64,000 nt of DNA from an uncultured Eubacteriales bacterium (lineage in GTDB: Bacteria; Bacillota; Clostridia; Oscillospirales; CAG-272): assembly GCA_900546315.1 (NCBI GenBank), contig URCP01000001.1, forward strand, positions 2,852-66,851, written 5' to 3'. A program made the translations under genes and the position numbers. The notes beneath the pieces are model-generated. The model worked only from the letters and a program-made list of their open reading frames with translations, had not been told where the DNA came from and did no database searches. This document shows, one piece after another, positions 43,420-53,069 of this stretch. Numbering within the stretch: the stretch's first letter is position 1; every line of letters begins with the position of its first letter.

Positions 43420-44720
43420 TTATTAACCTCCAAAGGGTTTACAACAGACATGGAATAGTATTCAGGTCTGAACGCGTCGTTCAGCAGCTTTGTCACATCG
43501 CCAATCGTCACGTTCTTTATAACATCCACATAGTCGAGAAGATCTCCGTCATCTATCTTGTAGTTCAGGAAGTAGTTCGCGATATCCTCGGTCGAGTCGA
43601 AGCACTTGACCATCGACGCGTAGAGAGCGCGCTTCGAGCGGTCGAAATCCTCCGCGGAAATGCCGTTTTTCTTCGTGTCCTCAACGCAGCTGACGAAGCG
43701 GTCGTACACCGCCTTCGGGTCGCGGCTCTCGCCGAACAAGGCATTAAACGAGTAGCTGTGGTTGATCTCCCAGCTGACATCGAACTGGCTTGAGAGCAGC
43801 CCCTCCTCGTACAGCTTGTTGTAGAACTCCCCGGACTTCCCGAACAGGACATCGTTCAGAATCTCCGCCTCGGCGTACTTCTTCATGCGCTCGTAACCGT
43901 CGGACGGAATGTCGATATCCTTGATTCCGATGCCGAAGAGCGGCTTTGAGACCTGCATCGCCTTCTCGGCGTAAGGCTTGTACACATCCGCTTTCTCAAC
44001 CGGGTAATCGCGGATGATGTCGACCGGCGCCTGCTTCTTCAGGACCTTGTCGCAGACCTCGTTCACCTCGTCGACCGTGACGTCACCGCAGACTATCAGC
44101 ATCATGTTCGACAGATTATAGAACACCCTGTAGCACTCATAGAGGATATCCGCCGTGATATGCGAGATCGACTCGACCGTTCCGGCGACGTTTATTCTGA
44201 CATTGTGCTTCTCATACAGGCTCTCAAGGAGCATCTGGTACATACTTCTGAACGGGTGGTCGTCGTACATGCGTATCTCCTGAGCGATTATCCCCTGCTC
44301 TTTCTCGACCGTCTCCGACGTGAAATACGGGGTCGTCACGAAGTCGAGCAGGATCTCAAGGTTCTCCTTGAAGCAGGACGTGCAGGAGAACAGATACGCC
44401 GTCATGTTGGTCGAGGTGTAGGCGTTCGCGTTCGCGCCGAATCTCGCGAAACGTTCGAAAGTATCCTCGCCGTTCGGGTTCTCGAACATCTTATGCTCGA
44501 GATAATGCGCGATACCGTCCGGAACTGTCGTGAATTCCTTGTCACCGGCGAGCCTGAACCTGCTGTCTATCGAGCCGTACCTCGTCGCGAAGAGCGCGTA
44601 GGATGTCGAGAGCTTTTTCGGGAAGACATAGACAGGAAGTCCGCTCTCATGCGTGTATTCGTAGTATTCTTCTTTCAGGAAATCGTTTCTTTTAGTCTTG
44701 TATTCAGGCATCCTCTTCAT
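43416..44720 (-). CDS. M16-family (pitrilysin-like) zinc peptidase, catalytic subunit
   Basis: Inverted zinc motif HYLEH (HxxEH) is present. Confidence 0.8.
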   Translation of the reverse strand: MKRMPEYKTKRNDFLKEEYYEYTHESGLPVYVFPKKLSTSYALFATRYGSIDSRFRLAGDKEFTTVPDGIAHYLEHKMFENPNGEDTFERFARFGANANAYTSTNMTAYLFSCTSCFKENLEILLDFVTTPYFTSETVEKEQGIIAQEIRMYDDHPFRSMYQMLLESLYEKHNVRINVAGTVESISHITADILYECYRVFYNLSNMMLIVCGDVTVDEVNEVCDKVLKKQAPVDIIRDYPVEKADVYKPYAEKAMQVSKPLFGIGIKDIDIPSDGYERMKKYAEAEILNDVLFGKSGEFYNKLYEEGLLSSQFDVSWEINHSYSFNALFGESRDPKAVYDRFVSCVEDTKKNGISAEDFDRSKRALYASMVKCFDSTEDIANYFLNYKIDDGDLLDYVDVIKNVTIGDVTKLLNDAFRPEYYSMSVVNPLEVNK

Positions 44721-46008
44721 CTCCTTCGCTCCCGTCGCCCTTCAGCGTGCCTCTCAGGAAGTAGACCGTGTCGACCGCTGACTTTTTTGCGGCAGCGATT
44801 ATCTCGTCCTTCGTCACAACCGACAGGCGCTCCGAAACGTCGTCCGGGGCTCCGCCGACGCCCGCGAGCATACGGCCGAGATACCAGCTCTCGAGCCCTC
44901 TCGCGCTGTCGGACAGCTCTCTGTAGCTGTTGACGAGACCGAGATAAGCGCTTCTCATCTCTTCCTCGGTGAACTCCCCGCGGCGCACCGCCTCGAGCTG
45001 ATCGTTTATCGCTGTCTCCGCGACCTCGCGGTTCTCCACCTCGATGCCCGACTGAACGAACAAAAGCCCCTTGTAGGAATCCGGAGAGCTCGAGCAGTAG
45101 TAGCACAGGCTCATCTTCTCGCGCACGTTCATAAACAGCTTCGACGTCACCCCGCCGCCGAAAATCTCGTTGAACATCAGCATCGCGGGATAATCCGGGT
45201 CGTGCAGCGTCACGCCGTAGCGCATGCCTATGACGAGCTTGCCCTGATTCACCGGCATATCCTCGTCGATGCGCTTCACGTCCGACACCGCGCGGACAAT
45301 CTCCGGCGCGGGAACGCTTATGATATCGCGCTCAAGACCGGCAAATACCGCTCTCAGCTTTTCCGCGAGCCTGTCCTCGTCGGTCTGACCGACGAAGAAT
45401 ATCTCTATCGGGTAATGCTTCAGCGCGTATCTGTACCGGGCATAGAGCGATTCCGGCGTTATCGCCTGAACGTCTCCGATAGTTCCGTTCTCGGACAACC
45501 CGTAGCGCTCGCCGCGGCACATCTCCTCGGTGCAGCGCTTCTTCGCGTAGTACGCCTTGTTGTTGATGTTCGCGTTTATCGCGTCGATCAGGTTGTTCTT
45601 CTCGCTCTCCGTGTAGGCGGCGTCGAAAGCCGCGCCGTCCGTCACCGGATTGAGCAGTATATCGCCCACGATTCCGACGATCTCCGAGAGCAGATCCTCC
45701 CCCTCGAGCGCGTAGCAGTTGTCGAGCACTCCGGCGCAGATTCCGAACACCTGCGCCTCCCCGCGCTTCTGGTTGCGGGAAGAGAGCCCGGCGTCGTAGA
45801 GATAGTCGAGCTTTTTGTTTATATCCGCCATCGTGGGATATGTCTCGCATCCGCGAAGCAGTACCGACGGTATCAGCGCGTTCGCGGCGGCGGTTTCCTT
45901 GTCGAGCGGAGAGATGAAGTTCACCGACAGAAAGTTCGTCTTGAACTTTCCGGTCGAAAGACAGGTGAGACCTATCCCCTCCGCGATCTTCCTTTTTTCG
46001 AGTCCCAT
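44704..46008 (-). CDS. M16-family peptidase-like protein lacking the HxxEH motif (non-catalytic partner)
   Basis: M16-like length and layout, but no HxxEH. It overlaps the downstream M16 gene by 17 nt. Confidence 0.7.
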   Translation of the reverse strand: MGLEKRKIAEGIGLTCLSTGKFKTNFLSVNFISPLDKETAAANALIPSVLLRGCETYPTMADINKKLDYLYDAGLSSRNQKRGEAQVFGICAGVLDNCYALEGEDLLSEIVGIVGDILLNPVTDGAAFDAAYTESEKNNLIDAINANINNKAYYAKKRCTEEMCRGERYGLSENGTIGDVQAITPESLYARYRYALKHYPIEIFFVGQTDEDRLAEKLRAVFAGLERDIISVPAPEIVRAVSDVKRIDEDMPVNQGKLVIGMRYGVTLHDPDYPAMLMFNEIFGGGVTSKLFMNVREKMSLCYYCSSSPDSYKGLLFVQSGIEVENREVAETAINDQLEAVRRGEFTEEEMRSAYLGLVNSYRELSDSARGLESWYLGRMLAGVGGAPDDVSERLSVVTKDEIIAAAKKSAVDTVYFLRGTLKGDGSEGDEEDA

Positions 46009-46061
46009 TGACTTCCTCCTGAGTCGCGCCGCGCTGCGGCGGCGTTTTATACATTATTACT

Positions 46062-46090
46062 ATTGTACACCACCTTGGGATGTATTTCAA
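46062..46090 (-). promoter_or_regulatory. Promoter of the M16-M16-lgt-folD transcription unit
   Basis: On the minus strand: TTGAAA, 17-nt spacer, TACAAT. Confidence 0.7.
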
Positions 46091-46135
46091 TCATTCCCGC
46101 GGCAAATTTTCAAAAATGTTACTCTTAGGACAGTA

Positions 46136-48415
46136 TTATCCGCTTTGCCGCCTGAAATTCATGCGCAGCGTCCCGGCGGGCATCATAACGCCGTTCATTT
46201 CCGAAAGCTCCGGCGAGAGCGTGAACGCCTTTCCGGAAAAGCCATCCGGAAGGCTCTTTATCTTCGGTCCGTGCGAGCCGAAGATCACGATATCCGACTT
46301 TATCCCGCCGGAGTCCGGGCTCTCCCAGAGCGCCGCGCCCTCGTAGAGCAGTTCAGCGTCACCGATATCAAAGCGAAGCCCGATCAGCGGATGGACAGAG
46401 CGCTTTATATAAGACGTCCCGAACAACGTGAGACGAACACCGTCTATATCTATCTCCGCGTCGGACGGTCTTGGGAAGAACATGACCTCCGCGCCGTATT
46501 CATCGGCGACCGCGCGGATATCCTCGGCATACCCTGTCTCTTCCTCGTCCAAAGGCTCCGGGAGTATGATCGTTCTTACCATTCTCCGGGCGCAGAGTCT
46601 TGCGAGCGAATAAGCGTGGCGGCGGTGAAGATGAGTCAGGACGCACGCCTCGACCTCGGTCTGTCGCATATTTCTGAGTTCATCGCAGGTCGTGTACATG
46701 AGGGTTGTGTTCCCGTTCGTTATGTCGACAACATAGCCACGTCCGGAGACCGTCATGACGAACACGTCGTTCGTCGGCGTGCCGAGCCAGCTGACAGGAA
46801 CATCATCAAGCGTCACGACGCCGTATATCCCGACGCCGCCGAGATAGACAAGTGACGCCGCGCAGAACGGAATCAGCACGTACAGCCAGCTTTTAACGTT
46901 CTTCACCATCATGACAATAATAACGACGGCGAAGATAAGAATGATCGGCAGGGCGAACGGGTACTCGAGCGAAACAAGCGACCTCGCCCGCGACATGAAT
47001 GAAGATACGCTCCCGATCAGCTTTGTGATAAGACTGATGATCAGCCCGAGCCGCCCGGCGAGCAGCCTGAACCCCGCCGCCGAAAATATCAGCTGCGGAA
47101 TGAGAAGCCATATGAGCGCCTCACAAATCGGCGTGAGCAAAAGCGAAGCCGGAACGGTCAGCAGCGAGACCTCGCCGAAATACGCCATCTGTAGCGGTAT
47201 CAGAAATATCACGGCGCCGACCGCCGCGAAAACGCCGGTGATGACGAGACTGACTTTCTTCAGAAAAGGATGCTTTCTGTAGTGTCCGCCAAGCCGCCTC
47301 GAGCAGAAGCGCGACGCGTCCGCGGTGAACAGGACGACACCGAGAGTTGACGTGAACGACATCATGAATCCGATATCATATATAGCCGCCGGGTCAAAAA
47401 GCAATATCCCGGCACCGGCGATGAAAAGCGCGGTGATCCTGTCCTTTCCCCGCCGGAAAAGGAACGCCGTCTCTGCGATAACACACATTATTCCCGCTCT
47501 CAGCGCCGAATACGGACATCCGGTAAGGATCAGGAACAGCACTATGAAGACCGACGTTACGACGATCCGCGCCCGTCTCGGTATTCTGAGCTTCAGCAGA
47601 ACAGCGCCGAGTATTCCGCAGATTATAGTCAGATGCAGACCGCTCAGCGCCAGAAGGTGCGACGCGCCGATACGCGAGAAGTCTCGTCTCATGACCGCCG
47701 GCTCGTTCCTGACCCCGAGCAGCAGCGCGCCGGCGAGCCCCGCGCTGTCACGGTCGAGATAGAGCGAGAGCGCCGCGCTCAGTCTGCCGCGCAGCTCCGA
47801 CATAAAAACAGAAAATCCGTGTGTTTCGCCCGTAATCTCAACACGTCCCGCCTCGCAGGCGAACAGCCATCCGGACGCTGCCATCTCACCTTCTTCCATT
47901 CCGTATATCGCGAACACTTCGCCGAGCGGCGAGAACCTGACCTGTCCGGATATGACGTCGCCCCTCTGAAGACCAAGCGGAGTGTCGGTGAACATGAGTC
48001 CGGATGTGCGTTTCGCGCCGCCGTTCAGGCTTTTCAGGCGCACTGTGTAGGTCGCTCCGTATCCGGTCTCGCGGCGGATATCGGTCACAACGGCTGTTAT
48101 CTCGTCCGGGTAATCGCCCTCATCCATGACAAAGTCATCGTAGAAATAAATCCGGTCCCACAGAATGACAGCCGAGAGCACCATAAGCGCGCACCCAATG
48201 CCGGTCAGAAGCGCGAACGCCGGAGCCCTTACCCCGCTGATAAGCGCGCCCGGTCTGAATTTCCGGAAAAACAGAAATGCCCCGATTCCGGCGACAACAC
48301 AGAAGGTGAGCAGGCAAACACGCAAGACCATAACCGGCACAAAAGAAGCCGCCGCGGACATAGCTATACAAAGGCTCAGCGCCAATGCGAGCGGTCTGCG
48401 GCGGTAGAAATTCAT
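46136..48415 (-). CDS. comEC: DNA internalisation competence protein ComEC/Rec2
   Basis: Polytopic competence domain plus a C-terminal metallo-beta-lactamase-like domain (LTHLHRRH). Confidence 0.85.
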   Translation of the reverse strand: MNFYRRRPLALALSLCIAMSAAASFVPVMVLRVCLLTFCVVAGIGAFLFFRKFRPGALISGVRAPAFALLTGIGCALMVLSAVILWDRIYFYDDFVMDEGDYPDEITAVVTDIRRETGYGATYTVRLKSLNGGAKRTSGLMFTDTPLGLQRGDVISGQVRFSPLGEVFAIYGMEEGEMAASGWLFACEAGRVEITGETHGFSVFMSELRGRLSAALSLYLDRDSAGLAGALLLGVRNEPAVMRRDFSRIGASHLLALSGLHLTIICGILGAVLLKLRIPRRARIVVTSVFIVLFLILTGCPYSALRAGIMCVIAETAFLFRRGKDRITALFIAGAGILLFDPAAIYDIGFMMSFTSTLGVVLFTADASRFCSRRLGGHYRKHPFLKKVSLVITGVFAAVGAVIFLIPLQMAYFGEVSLLTVPASLLLTPICEALIWLLIPQLIFSAAGFRLLAGRLGLIISLITKLIGSVSSFMSRARSLVSLEYPFALPIILIFAVVIIVMMVKNVKSWLYVLIPFCAASLVYLGGVGIYGVVTLDDVPVSWLGTPTNDVFVMTVSGRGYVVDITNGNTTLMYTTCDELRNMRQTEVEACVLTHLHRRHAYSLARLCARRMVRTIILPEPLDEEETGYAEDIRAVADEYGAEVMFFPRPSDAEIDIDGVRLTLFGTSYIKRSVHPLIGLRFDIGDAELLYEGAALWESPDSGGIKSDIVIFGSHGPKIKSLPDGFSGKAFTLSPELSEMNGVMMPAGTLRMNFRRQSG

Positions 48416-48490
48416 GGCGTGACGTCCTTTCGGTGATGTTTTGGTTCAGGGTGAACGGCAGTTCATAAAACTGCGCTGTCCGTTTACTCC

Positions 48491-48519
48491 ATTTTATCAC
48501 CACAGGGGCGCTTTGTCAA
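48491..48519 (-). promoter_or_regulatory. Promoter of comEC
   Basis: On the minus strand: TTGACA, 17-nt spacer, TAAAAT. Confidence 0.7.
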
Positions 48520-48541
48520 GGTTTTCTGTCAAATTATTTGT

Positions 48542-49996
48542 TTATTCGTATTTTCCGATGTCTTTTTCGATCTTCGCGATACTCTTGTCCTTAAGCGCCG
48601 CGATCTTCGAGGCGACAGCGGTATCGCCGGTGTTCAGCGTATTTATAAGCGCGGTTTCAATATCGCTTGTCCACCCGAGAATGACATCCGACGCCAGTGT
48701 GCGCGTTCTCGAGATGATACCGAGCATCTCGGCGGAATCGTCGTTTCTCGTGCCCTTCTGCATGAGATACGCGTTGTAGTACGGCTCCATAAGACTTATA
48801 TGGCTGTCATATGCCATTGCGTCAAGAATGGTGGCTGTCCGCGACAGGTCCGACACCGAGGACGGCACGACCATCAGTGTGGTTCCCCAGTTCGCCAGAA
48901 GCGAGATATAATCCTCCTGTGCCTCGTCGTACTTAGGAACCGGAATAACGCCGTAATCGTCCTTCATATCCCTGAGATTCGAGATACAGCCAAGCGTCTC
49001 GGAGCAGATCATCGCCCGTCCGCGCAGAAACGCGTCGAGGTCGGACATTCCGTCAGCCTTCTCAAAGCAGAGCACGCAGCCGTCCGTCGAGGCGAGCGCG
49101 CCCACCTTTTCGTAAATGCCGTACATCTTTTCGCTGTCAGCCCCGAAAACCGGCTTGCCGTCCTCGATCCACGCGAATCTTCCGCCTGAGCCGTAGATGA
49201 ACGCGTCGATCATTCCGAAGTGGGTTCCGAAGCCGTACCGGCAGCTTTCATCCGCTGCTATCGGCAGATAGCTCTCGTCGCCGTTCAGCGTGGCTCCGGC
49301 TTTACCGTATTCGGCAAGGCGGTCGACCGTCCATTTTCCCTGTCTTACAAGGTCATACGGCAGTTCAAGCCCGACATCCGTCATCGTTTTCTCGTTCATG
49401 AACAGAACGACCGTCGCCTCGAACGGGAAAAGGCATATATCGCTCGTCGTGAAATACAGATGCCCCATAATGTCCGCCGACTCGTTCACCATCTGGTCCC
49501 ACCAAGGTTTGTCGAGGTTCAGACCGTCGAGCCCTTTCAGGTCACAGAGGTAGTTGTCCCCGAGAAGCCCGCTCATCGTGTGCGCTGATATCATCGCGGC
49601 GGAATACACGTCCTCACCCGCGGTCACCGTCTTTTTTAGCTCGTTAGCGACATCGTTTATTCCGACCTGCCTGTCGCTTATCACGACGTTGTATCTGTCC
49701 TCTATCCGCGAGTTGCGCTCAAACATCGCGTCGCTCACGAGATCTCCGCTCATCTCTTCAGGGGCGATCATAACGTTCGCCCAGATCTCCGGCTCAATAT
49801 TCAGGAATGTGAACTCGAATCCGCCGTAATCGGCGGTCGGGTAGATGTAGTCCGCGGAGGTCACGCTTTCCGCTTCCGGCGTCGTCTTGTCCGTGTCCGG
49901 AGCGTCAGTCTCCTTGTCTGCGGTACCGCTGCCGCAGCCCGCCGCGAATGAGGAGGCGAGCATGAGAGCCGTTAATGTGATCAGTTCCTTTTTCAT
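48542..49996 (-). CDS. ABC-type extracellular solute-binding lipoprotein (orphan, paralog 2)
   Basis: Lipobox in LMLASSFAAGC-GSG. ~480 aa. Confidence 0.75.
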   Translation of the reverse strand: MKKELITLTALMLASSFAAGCGSGTADKETDAPDTDKTTPEAESVTSADYIYPTADYGGFEFTFLNIEPEIWANVMIAPEEMSGDLVSDAMFERNSRIEDRYNVVISDRQVGINDVANELKKTVTAGEDVYSAAMISAHTMSGLLGDNYLCDLKGLDGLNLDKPWWDQMVNESADIMGHLYFTTSDICLFPFEATVVLFMNEKTMTDVGLELPYDLVRQGKWTVDRLAEYGKAGATLNGDESYLPIAADESCRYGFGTHFGMIDAFIYGSGGRFAWIEDGKPVFGADSEKMYGIYEKVGALASTDGCVLCFEKADGMSDLDAFLRGRAMICSETLGCISNLRDMKDDYGVIPVPKYDEAQEDYISLLANWGTTLMVVPSSVSDLSRTATILDAMAYDSHISLMEPYYNAYLMQKGTRNDDSAEMLGIISRTRTLASDVILGWTSDIETALINTLNTGDTAVASKIAALKDKSIAKIEKDIGKYE

Positions 49997-50035
49997 TGAA
50001 AATTCTCCTTTGAAAATAAAAATTTTTATAAAAAT

Positions 50036-50045
50036 CCCCCCCCCC
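50036..50045. repeat. C10 (G10 on the coding strand) homopolymer in the GH36-SBP intergenic region
   Basis: Direct reading gives AAAATCCCCCCCCCCGAAAT. Confidence 0.9.
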
Positions 50046-50148
50046 GAAATTTTTACTGCAATTTAATGAAAATCTCAGCAAAGTCTCGGGGAGAGGTCGG
50101 AATTTATCTATGTAATCAGGACTGCGCGAATATCGGCGTCAAATAAGT

Positions 50149-52218
50149 TCAGCCGATTTTAACGTGTCTGTCCGCAAGCGGAATCTTCACGGTGTTCAGC
50201 ATACCGTTCACCGTGACCTTGTGCTTACCGCTCTCGGTCTCAACCGGATACTTCTTCCCGTCGGTGACGACGAAGGCGAACTCGCCGCCCTCATGGAGGT
50301 CATATACGCCGTCGAAGCCGCCGGAGACCGCCATTGGGGAGTTGAACTTGTCGATGAGACCGAGCACAGCGACGCCGTTCTCAACCGGAACTATCGTATA
50401 GAGCCTGAAATCGTCGTGGTCGTTCAGAGTGACATCGAGCGCCTCTCCGTCCTTCAATACCGTCACATCGCCGGAGAAGTGCTCATACACCGCCACCTCG
50501 CGGCAGCCGCAGCCGAGGTCGGCGACCGAAACGGTACCGCTCACCGGCTTGTTCCCGTGATCGAGGTTGAACGCCGCGATGACGCCGCCCTTCGCGTAGG
50601 TATTCTTCACCTTGAAGATCCTGCCGTTCGTCTCCGGGTCGGACACGAGGCAGTCCTTCGTCGGGATCGCCGGGTTCTCCGGGCGGAGGATTCGGCCGTC
50701 ACTGTAGCAGAGCGGCTCGAAGATCTCAGGACGGCTCCTGCCGATCCTATCGCTGACGTAGATCGGTCCGCCGGAGATCGCGCGCAGGACGCTGTTCTTC
50801 TTCGCCTGCTCGTCGTCGGACCACCACATATCCCAGTCGCTCCAGTAGAACATACCCTGAATGAGCGAGTTGTAGCTGCACGCGAGGATATGGCGGATGA
50901 ACCACTCGCGGTTCTCCGGCTGGAAGTCGCCGGAGCAGCGGGAAACCGCGCCGGACGGACGGTTGAACATATTCTCGCTCGCCATGCCCATGCAGTTTAT
51001 GATATCATTGTCGAAATGCGATCCGACCGAGCTCGTGATCGCCCTCTGGATATTTCTCGCCGCCTCGCCGAGCGGGTAGACGTTCTTATAATTGTCCGCG
51101 ATGAAACCCTGATTGTCGATCTTCACGAAGTCGGTCCCACAGTGCTTCAGGAAGTCGTGGAACGCGCTGTAGAACAGGAACGCCTTGTCAGGCTCAAGGC
51201 TCGGCATGAGCCTTCCGTTCGGCGTCTCGATGAGCAGATCGCGGTACTTCTCCGCGAGCTCCGACTCAGGGTCGATGCCAGCCCAGTATCCGCTCGTCGG
51301 GTGCCACATACCGATTTTCAGACCGTACTTCTTCATCTTATCAAGGCAGTCCTTGAGCCCGCCGGGGAATCTCTTCGGGTCAGCCTCGAAGCTGCGTATC
51401 TTCGACGAATGCATGACCGAGAACATACCGGTCTCGCGTGTGAGGTCGTCCGGGATATCGCGGAGCTTGTCGCACTCAGCCCACATATCGTCGATGATCG
51501 CCCATCTGAATGGAATCTTCTTCGCCTTTATCTCCTCGCACTTTTCGAGCAGACCCTCGGTGCTGACGCGTATCTCGAGCGCGTCCCACGAGCACCAGCC
51601 GAGGTATTCGAATATTTCCGGATAGCGGCGTTCTTCTCTGACCGGGCAGCCATTGTCAAGCAGCTTCATCGCGAGCTTCGCGCAGTCGTTCATCAGCGTG
51701 TACGGCTCGTCGCCCTCGCCGTAAACAGCCGCGAGCGTGTCGCAGTCGGAGAGGTCGGAAACGTTCGCGAACAGATAGAGTTCAGCCCCGTTCTCATTGC
51801 CGCGCAGAGCCGCCTTATAGCGCTTGTCGACTATCGGAAGGATGAAGCCGTACTTCCCGTCTGTCTTCTTATAAAGCAGCGCCTGCGTCCTGTTCTGTAT
51901 CTTTGAGAGATCGTCGCCGAACTGCGGTCTGCACCAGTGCGGGCAGCTCTGGAAGTTCGCCATATATCCCTCGATATCGCCGAGCGACGGGATAATGAAG
52001 CTAACTGCCGTGTCAGCGTCAAAGCATCCGCCCTTGACCGACGCCTTCACATACGCCGCGGTCAGCCTGCCGCACTTCTTTTCGGTTATCGCGGAAGAGA
52101 CCGTCGTCTTTCCTTCCTTGAGGGTGAACTTGCCCTTGCAGCGTCCGTCCGCGAGAGAAAGACAGCTCTCGTTTCCGGCAAGACGCGCGGTTGCCTTTGC
52201 GTTTTCAAACAGATTCAT
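50149..52218 (-). CDS. Sip1/raffinose-synthase-like GH36-clan glycoside hydrolase (alpha-galactosidase-like)
   Basis: LGWCSWDALE and AIIDDMW motifs are typical of the raffinose-synthase/Sip1 family. Confidence 0.7.
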   Translation of the reverse strand: MNLFENAKATARLAGNESCLSLADGRCKGKFTLKEGKTTVSSAITEKKCGRLTAAYVKASVKGGCFDADTAVSFIIPSLGDIEGYMANFQSCPHWCRPQFGDDLSKIQNRTQALLYKKTDGKYGFILPIVDKRYKAALRGNENGAELYLFANVSDLSDCDTLAAVYGEGDEPYTLMNDCAKLAMKLLDNGCPVREERRYPEIFEYLGWCSWDALEIRVSTEGLLEKCEEIKAKKIPFRWAIIDDMWAECDKLRDIPDDLTRETGMFSVMHSSKIRSFEADPKRFPGGLKDCLDKMKKYGLKIGMWHPTSGYWAGIDPESELAEKYRDLLIETPNGRLMPSLEPDKAFLFYSAFHDFLKHCGTDFVKIDNQGFIADNYKNVYPLGEAARNIQRAITSSVGSHFDNDIINCMGMASENMFNRPSGAVSRCSGDFQPENREWFIRHILACSYNSLIQGMFYWSDWDMWWSDDEQAKKNSVLRAISGGPIYVSDRIGRSRPEIFEPLCYSDGRILRPENPAIPTKDCLVSDPETNGRIFKVKNTYAKGGVIAAFNLDHGNKPVSGTVSVADLGCGCREVAVYEHFSGDVTVLKDGEALDVTLNDHDDFRLYTIVPVENGVAVLGLIDKFNSPMAVSGGFDGVYDLHEGGEFAFVVTDGKKYPVETESGKHKVTVNGMLNTVKIPLADRHVKIG

Positions 52219-52246
52219 TTTTCGTAGTTCCTTTCAGGATTTATTT

Positions 52247-53068
52247 TTACCGACTGAGCTTCGCGTTTCTGAACAATGTCAGATCGACCTCGCGGTTCTT
52301 TTTATTCTCAAGGGTGTAGACCCTTCCGACGCCCTCGTACTTCGCGCCGGCGAAGCTGTTGTAGCCGAGGAGCTCGACCGGACTGTCGCCGACGATCTCC
52401 GCTATCGCCGCGAGATTTTCCCTCGTGTCGGTGATGTCGGGTATCAGCGGGACTCGAATCAGGTGCGGTTTGCCGCTCGCCTTCAGCCGCTCAAAATTCG
52501 CGAGGATCGGTGAATTATCGACCCCGCACCACTTTTTGTGCTGCTCCGGGTCGGCGAGCTTTATGTCCATCATCACAAAGTCTGCGTTGTCTATCACGGA
52601 CATATATCTATCCGCCGAGGTGAAGCCGCAGGTTTCCACAGCTCTGTGGATCTTCTTCTCTCCGAGAAGCCCGAGAAGCTCCGACACGAACTCCGCCTGC
52701 ATTGTAGGCTCTCCGCCCGACACCGTAACCCCGCCGCCGGACGACGCGAAGAAATCCGCTTCCCTCGCGAGCTTTTCGGCGAGCTTTCCGGCGTCCCACG
52801 TCTTTCCGATGATCGAGACGAGCCCGTCCGGACAGGCATGTATGCAGCGGTGGAACGGCTGGCACTCGGGATGAGTACACGGCTTCAGGCACCGCCCGCA
52901 GTGCCTGCATCTCGCCGTCCTCACCATTATCTCCGGCTCCGGTGACAGTCCCTCCGGGTTGTGACACCACTTGCAGGAGAGCGGACAGCCCTTCATGAAC
53001 ACCGTTGTGCGCACACCGGGTCCGTCGTGAACCGAAAACTCCTTGATATCAAATATCGTTCCGGTCAT
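52247..53068 (-). CDS. Glycyl-radical enzyme activating protein (radical SAM, with a ferredoxin-like Cys insert)
   Basis: CPLSCKWCHNPE radical-SAM cluster motif plus CRHCGRCLKPC...CIHACP auxiliary cluster motifs. Confidence 0.9.
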   Translation of the reverse strand: MTGTIFDIKEFSVHDGPGVRTTVFMKGCPLSCKWCHNPEGLSPEPEIMVRTARCRHCGRCLKPCTHPECQPFHRCIHACPDGLVSIIGKTWDAGKLAEKLAREADFFASSGGGVTVSGGEPTMQAEFVSELLGLLGEKKIHRAVETCGFTSADRYMSVIDNADFVMMDIKLADPEQHKKWCGVDNSPILANFERLKASGKPHLIRVPLIPDITDTRENLAAIAEIVGDSPVELLGYNSFAGAKYEGVGRVYTLENKKNREVDLTLFRNAKLSR

Positions 53069-53069
53069 A

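Noticed and set aside
50164-51906. 580-aa ORF antisense to the GH36-like gene, plus the 515-aa ORF at 53490-55037 antisense to the GRE
   Set aside because: These are antisense shadow ORFs with arginine/valine-rich composition. The opposite strand carries family-specific motifs.
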